Assembly (NCBI GenBank): GCA_963835575.1
Contig: CAWIGG010000002.1
Span: 1,792,001-1,856,000 of the forward strand
Reading direction: 5' to 3'
From: an uncultured Spirochaetota bacterium
GTDB taxonomy: Bacteria > Spirochaetota > Brevinematia > Brevinematales > JAOACQ01
Length of the DNA: 64,000 bases
Below the pieces are notes generated by a model that did not search any database, had not been told where the DNA came from, and saw nothing but the letters and a program-made list of their open reading frames with translations. Made by a program: the position numbers and the translations under genes. This document shows, one piece after another, positions 39,104 through 48,727 of this stretch. Each line of letters starts with the position of its first letter. Within the stretch, counting starts at the first letter, position 1.

Positions 39104-40825
39104 GACCCTGTCGAAAAAGCCAAAAACGAGAATAAAAACTGTCTTCTGATAACCGGATAGAGTATCATTTTTCATTTCTCTATCCGGATTTTCCATTTTT
39201 CCAATTTCAAGCCGGTATTATGGCTATGAACACCCCCTTAAATCTTACCAAATATCTGGATTTTACCAATATTATGCACTATACAGAACAAAAGCCACTG
39301 GATATTAACCTTACTCTTACCCCTGAGCGTAAAACGGTCCATACCTTTACAAGAACGGATGTTACCGAATACCGGCTCAATTATTCCCATCCTCCGGCTG
39401 TACAAATCCCTGATTTCCGGCAGATCAATTTTATTTACCATTTCTTTTGAATAGTTTTTATCCCCTCTTTTGTCCACCAGATATAATGTTCTTTGCCTTG
39501 TCTTATCGGGATGTTTTAAGCATTGTCCCCTTTTCCCGCATTTTGAACAATCCGCCTGCCTGGCCTGATATTTATGGCCGAAATTACTCAATTGCCTCTG
39601 GTATCCCTTATAGCTTAATATTTTTCCATTCGGGCATATATAAGTATTATCAGCTTCATTTTTTTCAAAATCGTGTTCCCGGTATTTCATCGGTTTCGGC
39701 TTGAACCTTCCCCGATCGGTAAACCGTTCATCCCTCCCTCGAAATTGATTGTCCGGTATCACAGCTTCCATCTTCTTTTCTTCCGCCAGATATTTTAGAT
39801 TTTCTTCGCTGAAATAATTCGTGTCCCCCAGTATTGTTTTTCCTTCCAGCGGATTTGTTTCTCCTTTTATCACGCTTAAATTTTCCTCCGTTATTTCAAC
39901 CATCGGCTTCAATACTTCCCCTTCCTGGCCTAAACCAAAAGCTTCCGCCGCGGTAATCACCTGATGCTTTGAATCCACTACCGCAAGTCCATTATAACCT
40001 TGTATCACACCGTGGGAACTCTTGATTTTCGCGCTTTCGTTATCGGTAATATTCGATTGGTTTTCACGTCCCCGCTTGCCGTATTTGGGATTCTGGGATT
40101 TGAGAAAGGCATCGATTTTCTCCGCTTTCTTCCGTATTTTTTCCGATCTTTTTTGAAGCGCTTTAGACTTTTCATTTTCGCCGGAGCAGTCAGCTTGCGC
40201 GTGTTTTTCCAGTAGAAATGCCGCCAGCTTTTCAAACTTTTCCTGTTTCTTTTTCAGGTCTTTGAATGTACCGCTCCATTCTTTAGAAGCGTTTGAAGGC
40301 AATTTACAGCCGTCAACGGCGAACATGTCCCCGCCGATCAATCCCGCAGAAGAACAGACCATCAGCACAAACTGAAATACTATTTTAATCCGGTCTTTCA
40401 TACCGGTAACAAAAGCGGCTATAGTGGAATGGTCTGGAACGGTATTCCCGGACAGGGCTTTGAAGATGACATTCACCCGGCAAGCTTCCTCAATCCTGCG
40501 TGATGTAGTAATACCTTTCGAATAGGCAAAAAGGATTATTTTCAGAAGAATTGCCGGAGAAATCGCTTTCGAGCCTGTTTTATCATTTTTATAATTTATA
40601 TCAAAACAGGAAAGGTCAGCCTTTTCCTCGATTAGGAAATTGAGTGTGTGTTCATATGTTCCTTCGATCAGCTGATCTGAAAAATTGAGCGGTATCATTT
40701 CCATCTGCTCATAATTAACTGTCTTGTATCTTGCCATATAACCTTCCGCTATTGATTTATTTCATTCATTATTTTAAGCTATATCGATAATAATTTACAT
40801 TAAATATCACTTTTTCGACAGACTC
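39104..40825 (-). mobile_element. IS1182-family insertion sequence (1722 bp)
   Basis: Terminal IRs GACCCTGTCGAAAAAG / GAGTCTGTCGAAAAAG; AAC duplicated at 39101-39103 and 40826-40828. Confidence 0.92.
39238..40737 (-). CDS. IS1182-family DDE transposase (intact)
   Basis: DUF772-like 'LLKIILFAY..GITTSRRIE...PDHSTIA', 'VDGCKL', 'NITDNES', 'YICPNGK', 'IEPVFGNIR...RFTLRG'. Confidence 0.93.
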   Translation of the reverse strand: MARYKTVNYEQMEMIPLNFSDQLIEGTYEHTLNFLIEEKADLSCFDINYKNDKTGSKAISPAILLKIILFAYSKGITTSRRIEEACRVNVIFKALSGNTVPDHSTIAAFVTGMKDRIKIVFQFVLMVCSSAGLIGGDMFAVDGCKLPSNASKEWSGTFKDLKKKQEKFEKLAAFLLEKHAQADCSGENEKSKALQKRSEKIRKKAEKIDAFLKSQNPKYGKRGRENQSNITDNESAKIKSSHGVIQGYNGLAVVDSKHQVITAAEAFGLGQEGEVLKPMVEITEENLSVIKGETNPLEGKTILGDTNYFSEENLKYLAEEKKMEAVIPDNQFRGRDERFTDRGRFKPKPMKYREHDFEKNEADNTYICPNGKILSYKGYQRQLSNFGHKYQARQADCSKCGKRGQCLKHPDKTRQRTLYLVDKRGDKNYSKEMVNKIDLPEIRDLYSRRMGIIEPVFGNIRSCKGMDRFTLRGKSKVNIQWLLFCIVHNIGKIQIFGKI

Positions 40826-41769
40826 AACACCAGCACGGTAGCAGCCTTCCGCATGAGCGAGAAAGAGATTACCATGGAGCAATTTACTAACATTACAGGA
40901 CTGGCAAATCCCAGTAGTTCTTTCACTGGAGTGGTTAATGGGCCGGTACAAATGGTTAACTGGTACCATGCCCTTGTATTCTGCAACAAGCTGAGTATGA
41001 AAGAAGGCCTGACTCCGGTGTACAGCATCAGCGGCAGCGCTAATCCTGCCGTTTGGGGAGCAGTACCGATGACAAATGATGCAAACTGGAATGCGGCCGC
41101 CGCGAACTGGTCAGCCAACGGTTATCGCCTGCCTACGGAAATGGAATATATGTGGACGGCTATGGGAGCCGATACGGCGAATGCCGGGCAGGTTAACACG
41201 AACGGATACCTCAAGCCATTTGCGGGCAGTACGGGGGTTAATCTTGTTGGCGACTATGCCTGGACTTATGAAAACAGCGGTAATACCACCCACCCGGTAG
41301 GGACCAGGCTGGCCAACAAGCTTGGCTTGTACGACATGAGCGGAAACGTGTGGGAGTGGTGCTGGGACCGGTATGCGTCTTATCCAACGGGAGCGCAGAC
41401 AGACTACCGGGGAGCGGCTTCGGACTCGTCGGGCGCGGGCCGCGTCCTACGCGGCGGCAGTTGGGGCAGCCTTGCGACTAACGCTGCGGTTGCCAATCGC
41501 GTCAGCGACATCCCGTATGGCCAGTTCAACACTTTCGGTTTCCGGGTTGTGCGCCCTTGAGTTCTGCGGTATGCGCCTGAGCATCTGCAGAACCAGCCTG
41601 CTTCCTGCGGCACAAGCCGCGAATACTCAAGCTGGCGCCCGGCCGTAACTATTCGAAGAGTAAAGAAGATGACAGAAGAAAATATATGCCAATTAAAAAA
41701 TTTGAGGTTTGAATTCGTAATTTGGACAGCAATTATCTGATTTATATGATGCTAAAATCATCTCACCCT

Positions 41770-42046
41770 CCCTTAAGTCGGGTAAGATCACGACCAATGG
41801 TCGGGTATTTTTATGACCATGGGTGGGTTAAAAAAGAATTAGTCCCTTCTTATAATATACGCGGATGAAATGGGGAAAAGCTCTCCCGGAAAGAAGTATT
41901 AATAAATAATCAATCCCGCCTTTTTTCTGTACAGGATTATAAACTTCAGGCGAACATAATTCAAAATTAAAAAAAATCAAAAAGCTGATAAAATATTTTT
42001 ACCGCATGGATATTTTTAAAATGGAGGTCTTTATGACTGATAAAAC
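41770..42046 (+). promoter_or_regulatory. Second copy of the GH8 upstream region
   Basis: Near-identical to 36020-36285, including the boxes, the RBS and ATGACTGATAAAAC. Confidence 0.75.
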
Positions 42047-44438
42047 CGTTCAAAATTCTCAGAAAGGGGTTTGCCTGTTGTTTTTAACATCTGTGATTTA
42101 TCTTATTCTATCAAGTTGTACTATGAATCCCGGCGGCGGGGGCTCATCCGGATCCACCGGCAATAATAACGGCGATTCGGGAATTCAAAAGAGCTTTATC
42201 GCCATTCCCAACACTTACAAATACGGCCTGCCGTATATTCCATCACGCATGAACAATACACAGCTACTAGCAGAGTATAATGATTGGAAGGCTCATTATG
42301 TGGTCAGCACGGGTTGTCCAGGGGGCGCCCTGAGAGTCCAGAGAGATTCCTCGACAGGTAACGATACCGTATCCGAATCTATGAGCTATGGCCTGCTTCT
42401 GGCAGTCTATTTCAACGATCAGACCACTTTCAACGGCCTTTATAATTATGTGCTGGCTCATACCAATGGACAGGGGCTGATGCACTGGAGAATTGACCAG
42501 TACGGAAACAACATTGATGAAGTCGGCTATAATATTCCTGCCGGAACCCAGCATGGGTATTTATTTACTAACGGTTCCGGAGTGCAAACCAATGCCGACG
42601 GCACTGTAGTACAAAGCAGCATTCTGGCCCAGGCAGCAGCAACACCGGTTCCCGCCGGCTACGGTCTTTATGAAAATCCCAGAGGCCGCACTTCCGCGAC
42701 AGATGCCGATGAAGACATAGCAGGTGCGCTTTGTATGGCTATCAAGGTCTGGGGCAGTGCTTACCAGGCTGCGACGCTTATGATGGTCAATAATCTGACA
42801 AATGATATGATGCCGGGATGGCTGCATGGAGATAAACAGGTGTTCCTGGGGGCCGGCGATTATGATAACGGCCCTGGAGCGTTCGGAACCTGGGGCGGCT
42901 ATACAGCCGAAGGCAATAAAGCCGGATGGGATCCTTCCTATTACACCCCCCAGTGGTATCCTATATTCAAGTTTGTCAGCGGCAATGCGATATGGGACCA
43001 ACTGACAAACATTATGTGGCAGCAGTGCGCCATTGTCGGACAGGCCAACAACGGCACAGGCCTTTTCCCCGACTGGTGTGACACATCTGCAAACATTTGC
43101 CAGCAGACCGTGTTAGCCAGCGATAAAGGCCCGCAGGATTTTGCATTCTACTACGACGCCGTACGCGTTCCGTGGAGAATGTCTATTGCTTACAGCTGGT
43201 ACAGCGATCCGGCAGCCTTTAATATTGCCTATCAGAATGCGACTTTCTTCGAATCCCTGTTTTACGCCGGCAATATAAAAGACGGCTATACGATCACAGG
43301 AATACCTGTTAACACACTTTCCTCCGCTCAGCAGCAGGCCGTGTACGGCGCCGGCAGCGTTCCCAACTTTGATTCCACGCCGATGGCCCAGGACGCCGTA
43401 TTCCTTTCTATGATCGGATCGTCGGTCCTGCCCTTTGCCCAGCCTTCCGGGAATCTTGATTATGCCAACAGATTCTACATTGCCATTACAAACAGTAAGG
43501 TCCCTTATACCAATCCCTACGGACATTATTTCGGCAACACCCTGCGCCTTCTGGCGCTTCTGTACCTCAACGGGGAATTTGTGAATTATTATGATACGAA
43601 CAATTATAAAACCGCGACAGTCAATCCCATACCCGGCACTGTGAATATCGAGGATTACGTCAACACAGGCAATATAAATTACTTGACAAACCTCGGCGGA
43701 ATCGCCGCTGCCTGTCAGGGTACGGGAAAAACCCTCAGTTATATGGTCAGCAATACCTATGCCGCCTCCCAATACGGGCTCTATCAGATCGTCTACACAG
43801 TTTATTGCTATCCCGTCTCATCAAGTCCGGGCTTTTCCTACGATCCTCAGTGGGTCACACTCACTGTAGATAGTTTATTGCAGGCTGAAAGTCATGGGAA
43901 CGGGGTTTTAAACGCCTGGGCCACAGTGACCAATATTGTACTGATGACTCCGGGAGTTCACAACATCACTCTTGGAATCTGCCCAAATCCGGGCTGGTTC
44001 TCCGCCAACTTTGGAATAGGGTCGATGCAGTTCACATACCTGGGCGTTCCTTCCATAGTTTCAGCTACGGGAATGCTTAATCTGACAAATTACGCTTATA
44101 TCAACAATGCGAGCACGACAACTAACACGATGAGTTTTGGCCTGTATAATCGTTCCGGACAGTTCGCGGCCTATGTCCTTAATGTACCCGGAATACCGGG
44201 CGTAACACCGGCCAAGAACTACACCGTCAGTTTTTACGGCCTCGGCGTAACTTACCATGGTGCGACTTTCACTTCCTGGTATAATATGTCGACATCAACC
44301 TCGACGTTCATTGATTATTCATACAGCGGTTCGGGCACTCCGCCTTTTGTCAGCGGAACGATATCCCTTAATCCCGGACTGCAGGTATTGGTGATATCAT
44401 CGGGAGCGCAGATGATCTCCAACGTGTCTATCAAATAG
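42033..44438 (+). CDS. GH8 glycoside hydrolase lipoprotein, paralogue 2
   Basis: Lipobox LSSC; 'DTVSESMSYGLL', 'SATDADEDIA', 'YYDAVRVPWR', 'HYFGNTLRLL'. Confidence 0.88.
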   Translation: MTDKTVQNSQKGVCLLFLTSVIYLILSSCTMNPGGGGSSGSTGNNNGDSGIQKSFIAIPNTYKYGLPYIPSRMNNTQLLAEYNDWKAHYVVSTGCPGGALRVQRDSSTGNDTVSESMSYGLLLAVYFNDQTTFNGLYNYVLAHTNGQGLMHWRIDQYGNNIDEVGYNIPAGTQHGYLFTNGSGVQTNADGTVVQSSILAQAAATPVPAGYGLYENPRGRTSATDADEDIAGALCMAIKVWGSAYQAATLMMVNNLTNDMMPGWLHGDKQVFLGAGDYDNGPGAFGTWGGYTAEGNKAGWDPSYYTPQWYPIFKFVSGNAIWDQLTNIMWQQCAIVGQANNGTGLFPDWCDTSANICQQTVLASDKGPQDFAFYYDAVRVPWRMSIAYSWYSDPAAFNIAYQNATFFESLFYAGNIKDGYTITGIPVNTLSSAQQQAVYGAGSVPNFDSTPMAQDAVFLSMIGSSVLPFAQPSGNLDYANRFYIAITNSKVPYTNPYGHYFGNTLRLLALLYLNGEFVNYYDTNNYKTATVNPIPGTVNIEDYVNTGNINYLTNLGGIAAACQGTGKTLSYMVSNTYAASQYGLYQIVYTVYCYPVSSSPGFSYDPQWVTLTVDSLLQAESHGNGVLNAWATVTNIVLMTPGVHNITLGICPNPGWFSANFGIGSMQFTYLGVPSIVSATGMLNLTNYAYINNASTTTNTMSFGLYNRSGQFAAYVLNVPGIPGVTPAKNYTVSFYGLGVTYHGATFTSWYNMSTSTSTFIDYSYSGSGTPPFVSGTISLNPGLQVLVISSGAQMISNVSIK

Positions 44439-44460
44439 CGATACCCCCTTTATAAAGTAA

Positions 44461-44515
44461 AGGCAGGGCTGCCTCCGGCCGGGAAACCGGTTCGGGAGGC
44501 AGGCCTGCCCTTTTT
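44461..44515 (+). terminator. Probable terminator
   Basis: GGCAGG..TGCCTCC / GGAGGCA..CCTGCC stem followed by a T-run. Confidence 0.65.
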
Positions 44516-44585
44516 AATTAATAGCAAATCCTGTTATTTTTTTTAGATTTGAATTTTATAATGAGTTCGACTAAGGAGGCCCAGC

Positions 44586-45665
44586 ATGTTCATTAAACCG
44601 GCAATCATGGCTCTTTTATTTTTTCTTTGCGGATGCAGTATCGCCCCCAATCCAGGCTCTGCGGGCGGCGGCAATAATTCGTCCGGCAGCTCCGCTCACA
44701 ATTATAATATCGCGACGGCTGTCGGCAGCGGAAACCCCGGCTACAGCGGAGATAACGGTTCAGCATCCTCGGCGCAGTTCAACGCGCCCTACGGGGTTTT
44801 TTCCGACCCGGCCGGCAACCTTTATATCGCCGATTGCGGCAATAATGTCATCCGCAAGGTGTCGACGAACGGGATTGTCACGACAGTAGCGGGAAAAGGC
44901 TCTTCCGGCAATACCGGCGACAGCGGCCCGGCGACCAACGCCGAACTGTCCGGCCCCTCCGGCGTCTGCGTCGATTCCAACGGCGTCATTTATATTGCCG
45001 ACAGCGGGAACAACTCTGTCAGGAAAGTGGATACAAACGGAATCATCAGCACCATAGTCAGTTCATTGGATAATCCCATGGGTCTCTGTCTGGATAAAAA
45101 CGGAAATCTTTATATCTCCGATTATGGAAATTTTGTCATCCGCAAACTGAATCCTTCCGGCGTGCTCAGCGTCATTGCCGGCACTATCGGTACTCCGGGC
45201 TGCAGCGGGGATGGAGGCTATGCCGTTAACGCTCTTTTGGGAAACCCGCGCGGCCTATTTGCCGATAACGCAGGCAATCTCTATATCGCCGATTTCGGCT
45301 TTAACGTCATCAGGCTCATTAACCCGTCCGGGATAATTCATACCCTGTGCGGATCGGTGTCTTACGGCTACAGCGGGGATGGAGGAAAAGCCGTAAATGC
45401 CCGTTTATTCGCTCCCGGCGGAGTCTATGTTGATTCCGGAAACAATATATTCATAGCCGACACGGGAAATAACGTCATCCGGAAAATCGATGCCGCCGGT
45501 ATTATCACTACCATAGCCGGTACCGCCGGGACAAACGGCTACAGCGGCGATAACGGACCGGCGACAGCGGCCCTGATGAATTACCCAGTCTCTATCTGGG
45601 GTGACTCATCAGGCAGTCTGTATATCGCCGATGCCAATAATTACGTCATCAGAAAATTGTATTAA
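44586..45665 (+). CDS. NHL-repeat beta-propeller lipoprotein
   Basis: Lipobox LCGC; six repeats of 'GYSGDGG.A..A....P.G...D..GNLYIAD..N.VIRK'. Confidence 0.9.
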   Translation: MFIKPAIMALLFFLCGCSIAPNPGSAGGGNNSSGSSAHNYNIATAVGSGNPGYSGDNGSASSAQFNAPYGVFSDPAGNLYIADCGNNVIRKVSTNGIVTTVAGKGSSGNTGDSGPATNAELSGPSGVCVDSNGVIYIADSGNNSVRKVDTNGIISTIVSSLDNPMGLCLDKNGNLYISDYGNFVIRKLNPSGVLSVIAGTIGTPGCSGDGGYAVNALLGNPRGLFADNAGNLYIADFGFNVIRLINPSGIIHTLCGSVSYGYSGDGGKAVNARLFAPGGVYVDSGNNIFIADTGNNVIRKIDAAGIITTIAGTAGTNGYSGDNGPATAALMNYPVSIWGDSSGSLYIADANNYVIRKLY

Positions 45666-45683
45666 TTTAAACATCCATTAAAA

Positions 45684-45713
45684 AAAAGGCGGAGATTTTC
45701 ATCTCCGCCTTTT
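45684..45713. terminator. Bidirectional terminator
   Basis: AAAAGGCGGAGAT-tttc-ATCTCCGCCTTTT between convergent genes. Confidence 0.85.
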
Positions 45714-45714
45714 A

Positions 45715-46053
45715 TTATAAAACATCATCACCATGCTCGCTTGTCCTGACCCGGACAGCGTCCGTCACATCGCTTATGAAGATCTTTCCATCGCCGATCT
45801 GGCCTGTTTTCGCAATGGCGATTATGGCCTCGACAATCTTGTCGGCCTGGCTGTCTTTCACGACAATCTCTATCTTTATCTTCGGCACAAACTTGATGTC
45901 GTACTCGCGCCCCCTGAAAATCTCTTTCATGCCCTTCTGGCGGCCATGGCCCTGGACTTCAGTATAATTAAGTCCGGGATAGCCCAGTTCCCCAAGCTTT
46001 TCCACAACAGCGTCCAGCTTTTCAGGCCGGATGATCGCTTCTATTCTTTTCAT
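45715..46053 (-). CDS. glnK: P-II nitrogen regulatory protein (GlnK)
   Basis: 112 aa from MKRIEAIIRP; 'GHGRQKG..EIFRGREY', 'TGQIGDGKIF'; adjacent to amtB. Confidence 0.93.
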   Translation of the reverse strand: MKRIEAIIRPEKLDAVVEKLGELGYPGLNYTEVQGHGRQKGMKEIFRGREYDIKFVPKIKIEIVVKDSQADKIVEAIIAIAKTGQIGDGKIFISDVTDAVRVRTSEHGDDVL

Positions 46054-46069
46054 AATCATTCTCCTTTTT

Positions 46070-47383
46070 TTATTCTTGCAGCTCGCCGTGAAGGGCCATA
46101 TCCAGCCCGGCCGATTCCACCTGATCGGTAACACGCAGTTTTATTCTAAAGACCTTCTCGATTAAAATCAAGATGAACAGGGTCCCCGCGACGGATAGCA
46201 CTATTCCAACGCCGGCAGAGATTAGCTGAACGAAGAACTGAGCCGGCCTGCCGTAGAAAAGCCCGGCCGCCCCGCCGACTATCGGATTGGCAAAGAGGCC
46301 CGTCAGGAGAATGCCGATCGTCCCGCTCACGCCATGAATACCGAAGGCGTCTAGCGAATCGTCATAACCCAGCGCTTTTTTGACGATCGCCACAAAAAAG
46401 TAAGTGCAGAGCCCTGCCAGGATTCCGATGAGGATCGCCGCCGGAATATCGACATAGCCGGAAGCCGGTGTTATCGTGGCAAGACCTGCCACAAGTCCGC
46501 TCGTCCCGCCGATGACGCTCGGCTTCTTGATCCTGATCCATTCGATGAGCATCCATGTAAGGGCTCCGAAAACAGCCGCAGTGTTTGTCACCATAAAAGC
46601 GCTTCCGGCAAGGCCTCCTGAGACAAGAGCGCTGCCGGCGTTAAACCCAAACCAGCCGAACCAGAGAAGCCCGGCGCCGATGAATGTCAGGACGATGCTG
46701 TTGGGCATCACAGGGTCTTTTTTGATGTTTTTTCTCTCACCCAGGTACAGCACGGCGACAAGCGCCGATACACCCGATGAAAGATGGACGACAAGCCCGC
46801 CGGCAAAGTCAAGCGTGCCCAGTCCCGGCGCGCCGATCAAATTTCCGAGCTTTGACAGCCAGCCCCCTCCCCAGACCCAGTGCGCCAGCGGTGTGTAAAC
46901 GATAAGCGTCCATAAAACAACAAAAACAATCCACGCGCCGAAATTCATTCTCTCAACAACAGCGCCGGAAATCAGCGCCACTGTGATGATGGCGAACATC
47001 ATCTGGAACGCCGAAAAGACAAATTCCGGTACCGAGCCGGAAACGCTGTCCTTTGTAATTCCCATAAACAGGAACTTATCCAGGTTCCCGATAATACCGC
47101 CGGTATCCTTCCCGAACGCCAGGCTGTACTGGAAGAGGATCCAGAGCGCGCTCACGATGACGGCCGCGGCAAAGCTGTAGTACATCGTTGAAAGAATGTT
47201 TTTCTTCCTGACCATGCCTCCGTAGAAAATGGCGAGAGCCGGCATTGTCATCAATAGTACCAGCGCGCTGGATGTCAGTATCCAGGCCGTGTCGCCGGAA
47301 TTGGCCGGCGCACCGCTCTGCGCGAACAGGCTGACCGAGCAGGCTGTAATAAATATCAATATCATTATTACCTTTTTGATCAT
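46070..47383 (-). CDS. amtB: Ammonium transporter AmtB
   Basis: 'FYGGMVR.KN', 'FQMMFAIIT', 'DFAGGLVVH', 'LWFGWFGFNAGS', 'DDSLDAFGIHG'. Confidence 0.95.
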   Translation of the reverse strand: MIKKVIMILIFITACSVSLFAQSGAPANSGDTAWILTSSALVLLMTMPALAIFYGGMVRKKNILSTMYYSFAAAVIVSALWILFQYSLAFGKDTGGIIGNLDKFLFMGITKDSVSGSVPEFVFSAFQMMFAIITVALISGAVVERMNFGAWIVFVVLWTLIVYTPLAHWVWGGGWLSKLGNLIGAPGLGTLDFAGGLVVHLSSGVSALVAVLYLGERKNIKKDPVMPNSIVLTFIGAGLLWFGWFGFNAGSALVSGGLAGSAFMVTNTAAVFGALTWMLIEWIRIKKPSVIGGTSGLVAGLATITPASGYVDIPAAILIGILAGLCTYFFVAIVKKALGYDDSLDAFGIHGVSGTIGILLTGLFANPIVGGAAGLFYGRPAQFFVQLISAGVGIVLSVAGTLFILILIEKVFRIKLRVTDQVESAGLDMALHGELQE

Positions 47384-47900
47384 ATATTCCTCCTTCTATA
47401 ATTAATAGCTTTTTTGAACAGACTCTCTATCAAATTAAACACAAAGAGCACCAAGAACACGAAGATCACAAAGAAAATTTGTTTTTATTAATATAAGCTG
47501 ATTTTATGTAAGATTTATATAATAATCATGTCCTTTATCAAGAAATATGCCAGAATGAAAATAAAATGAGGATTTTATAAAAATGATGAATAATCACTTC
47601 GGCTTGAAATGAAAAAATATTATAATTGATTATCTGATAAAGATTTGATTCGATTATATGCGATTAACTTATAATGATCATTCTATTTTGAAATTCTATT
47701 AAGAACTTAACAAATTAAATATCCTTTTGATTAGAAAATAAGCATGGTGAAAAATTGTGGCTAATGAATGGGCGGGGTTGATCTGATCCTTTTCAAGATT
47801 GCCACAGACACACAGAGAACTCAGAGATTTTTTCGATTTTTGGTTCCCTCCACGTACTGTGGTGAATAAAAAAAAGGGCTTTTGGAATAGCCCCATTTTT

Positions 47901-48563
47901 TTATTTCCTGTATGGTTTGATCAGCCCTTCATAATCATTTTTGACATTGCCCACGGCGCCGGAGACTTCATAAGAGTCCATTTCCTCGGAAGGGTACGGC
48001 TTTAAAAGCGAAGAAAGTTTTTCTCTGTCAAAAAAGCCCGTATTCAGCCAAAGATCGTAATCCCTTTCATTGAGAATAACCGGCATTCGGTCATGAAGGA
48101 TTTTCACAAGGCTGTTTGCCTGTGTGGTGATGATCGCGCAGCTTCTTATTTCATTGCCGTCCGGCGGCGTCCATGTGTTCCAGAGCCCGGCAAAAGCGAA
48201 CGGTTTTTTATTTTTCATAAAAAAATAATACGGCGTTTTCTTTCCGCCGGAAGGTTCTTTCTTCCATTCATAAAAACCGTCCGCGACGATAAGGCACCTG
48301 TTTTTTTCAAAAAGCGAATAAAATGTCTTTTTATCGATCAGGGTATCATCCCGGATATTGATAAGGCCGCAGCCCTTCCGGACAGACCATTCGGTAATAA
48401 TGCCCCAGTTAAAGAGTACAAGCTCTCTCTCGTCAATCTTTACTACTGCCTTAATTTTATCCGACGGGGCATAATTGAACTTAAACTCTTGAGAACTGTC
48501 CTTCGGCTTTGCTTTAAATTGATCTTCAATCTTTTGCGAAAACTGGGCAAACCGTCCGCACAT
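47901..48563 (-). CDS. SRAP/YedK (HMCES-like) abasic-site protein
   Basis: N-terminal MCGRF, 'RCLIVADGFYEW', 'HDRMPVIL'. Confidence 0.93.
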   Translation of the reverse strand: MCGRFAQFSQKIEDQFKAKPKDSSQEFKFNYAPSDKIKAVVKIDERELVLFNWGIITEWSVRKGCGLINIRDDTLIDKKTFYSLFEKNRCLIVADGFYEWKKEPSGGKKTPYYFFMKNKKPFAFAGLWNTWTPPDGNEIRSCAIITTQANSLVKILHDRMPVILNERDYDLWLNTGFFDREKLSSLLKPYPSEEMDSYEVSGAVGNVKNDYEGLIKPYRK

Positions 48564-48727
48564 AATTGCCTCCTTCTTAATGATTTTTTTAATTGCGGCA
48601 ACCGTTGAGAGGCAGACTCATGATAAATTAAATTTATAAAAATTTCCACAAGAGATACCCGCTTATTCTTTGATTTAATCGGCTTTGTATTGTAAGATTA
48701 TTCTGTAAACTCTCAGGGGAGATTTTC

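Larger units (their letters stand above)
38819..41560 (+). pseudogene. FGE-sulfatase/CLec-fold lipoprotein interrupted by IS1182; candidate DGR target
   Basis: Lipobox IAAC and a Ser-rich linker. Removing the IS and one AAC restores VPAGTFQRDATAAN-TSTVAAFRMSEKEIT. Motifs 'GYRLPTEMEY', 'GLYDMSGNVWEWCWD', 'RVLRGGSW...GFRVVRP'. Confidence 0.88.

Noticed and set aside
47537..47553. Sigma54 promoter upstream of amtB (CTGGCATATTTCTTGAT on the minus strand)
   Set aside because: Spacing and context fit, but the near-invariant -12 GC is GA, so it cannot be supported without transcription start data.
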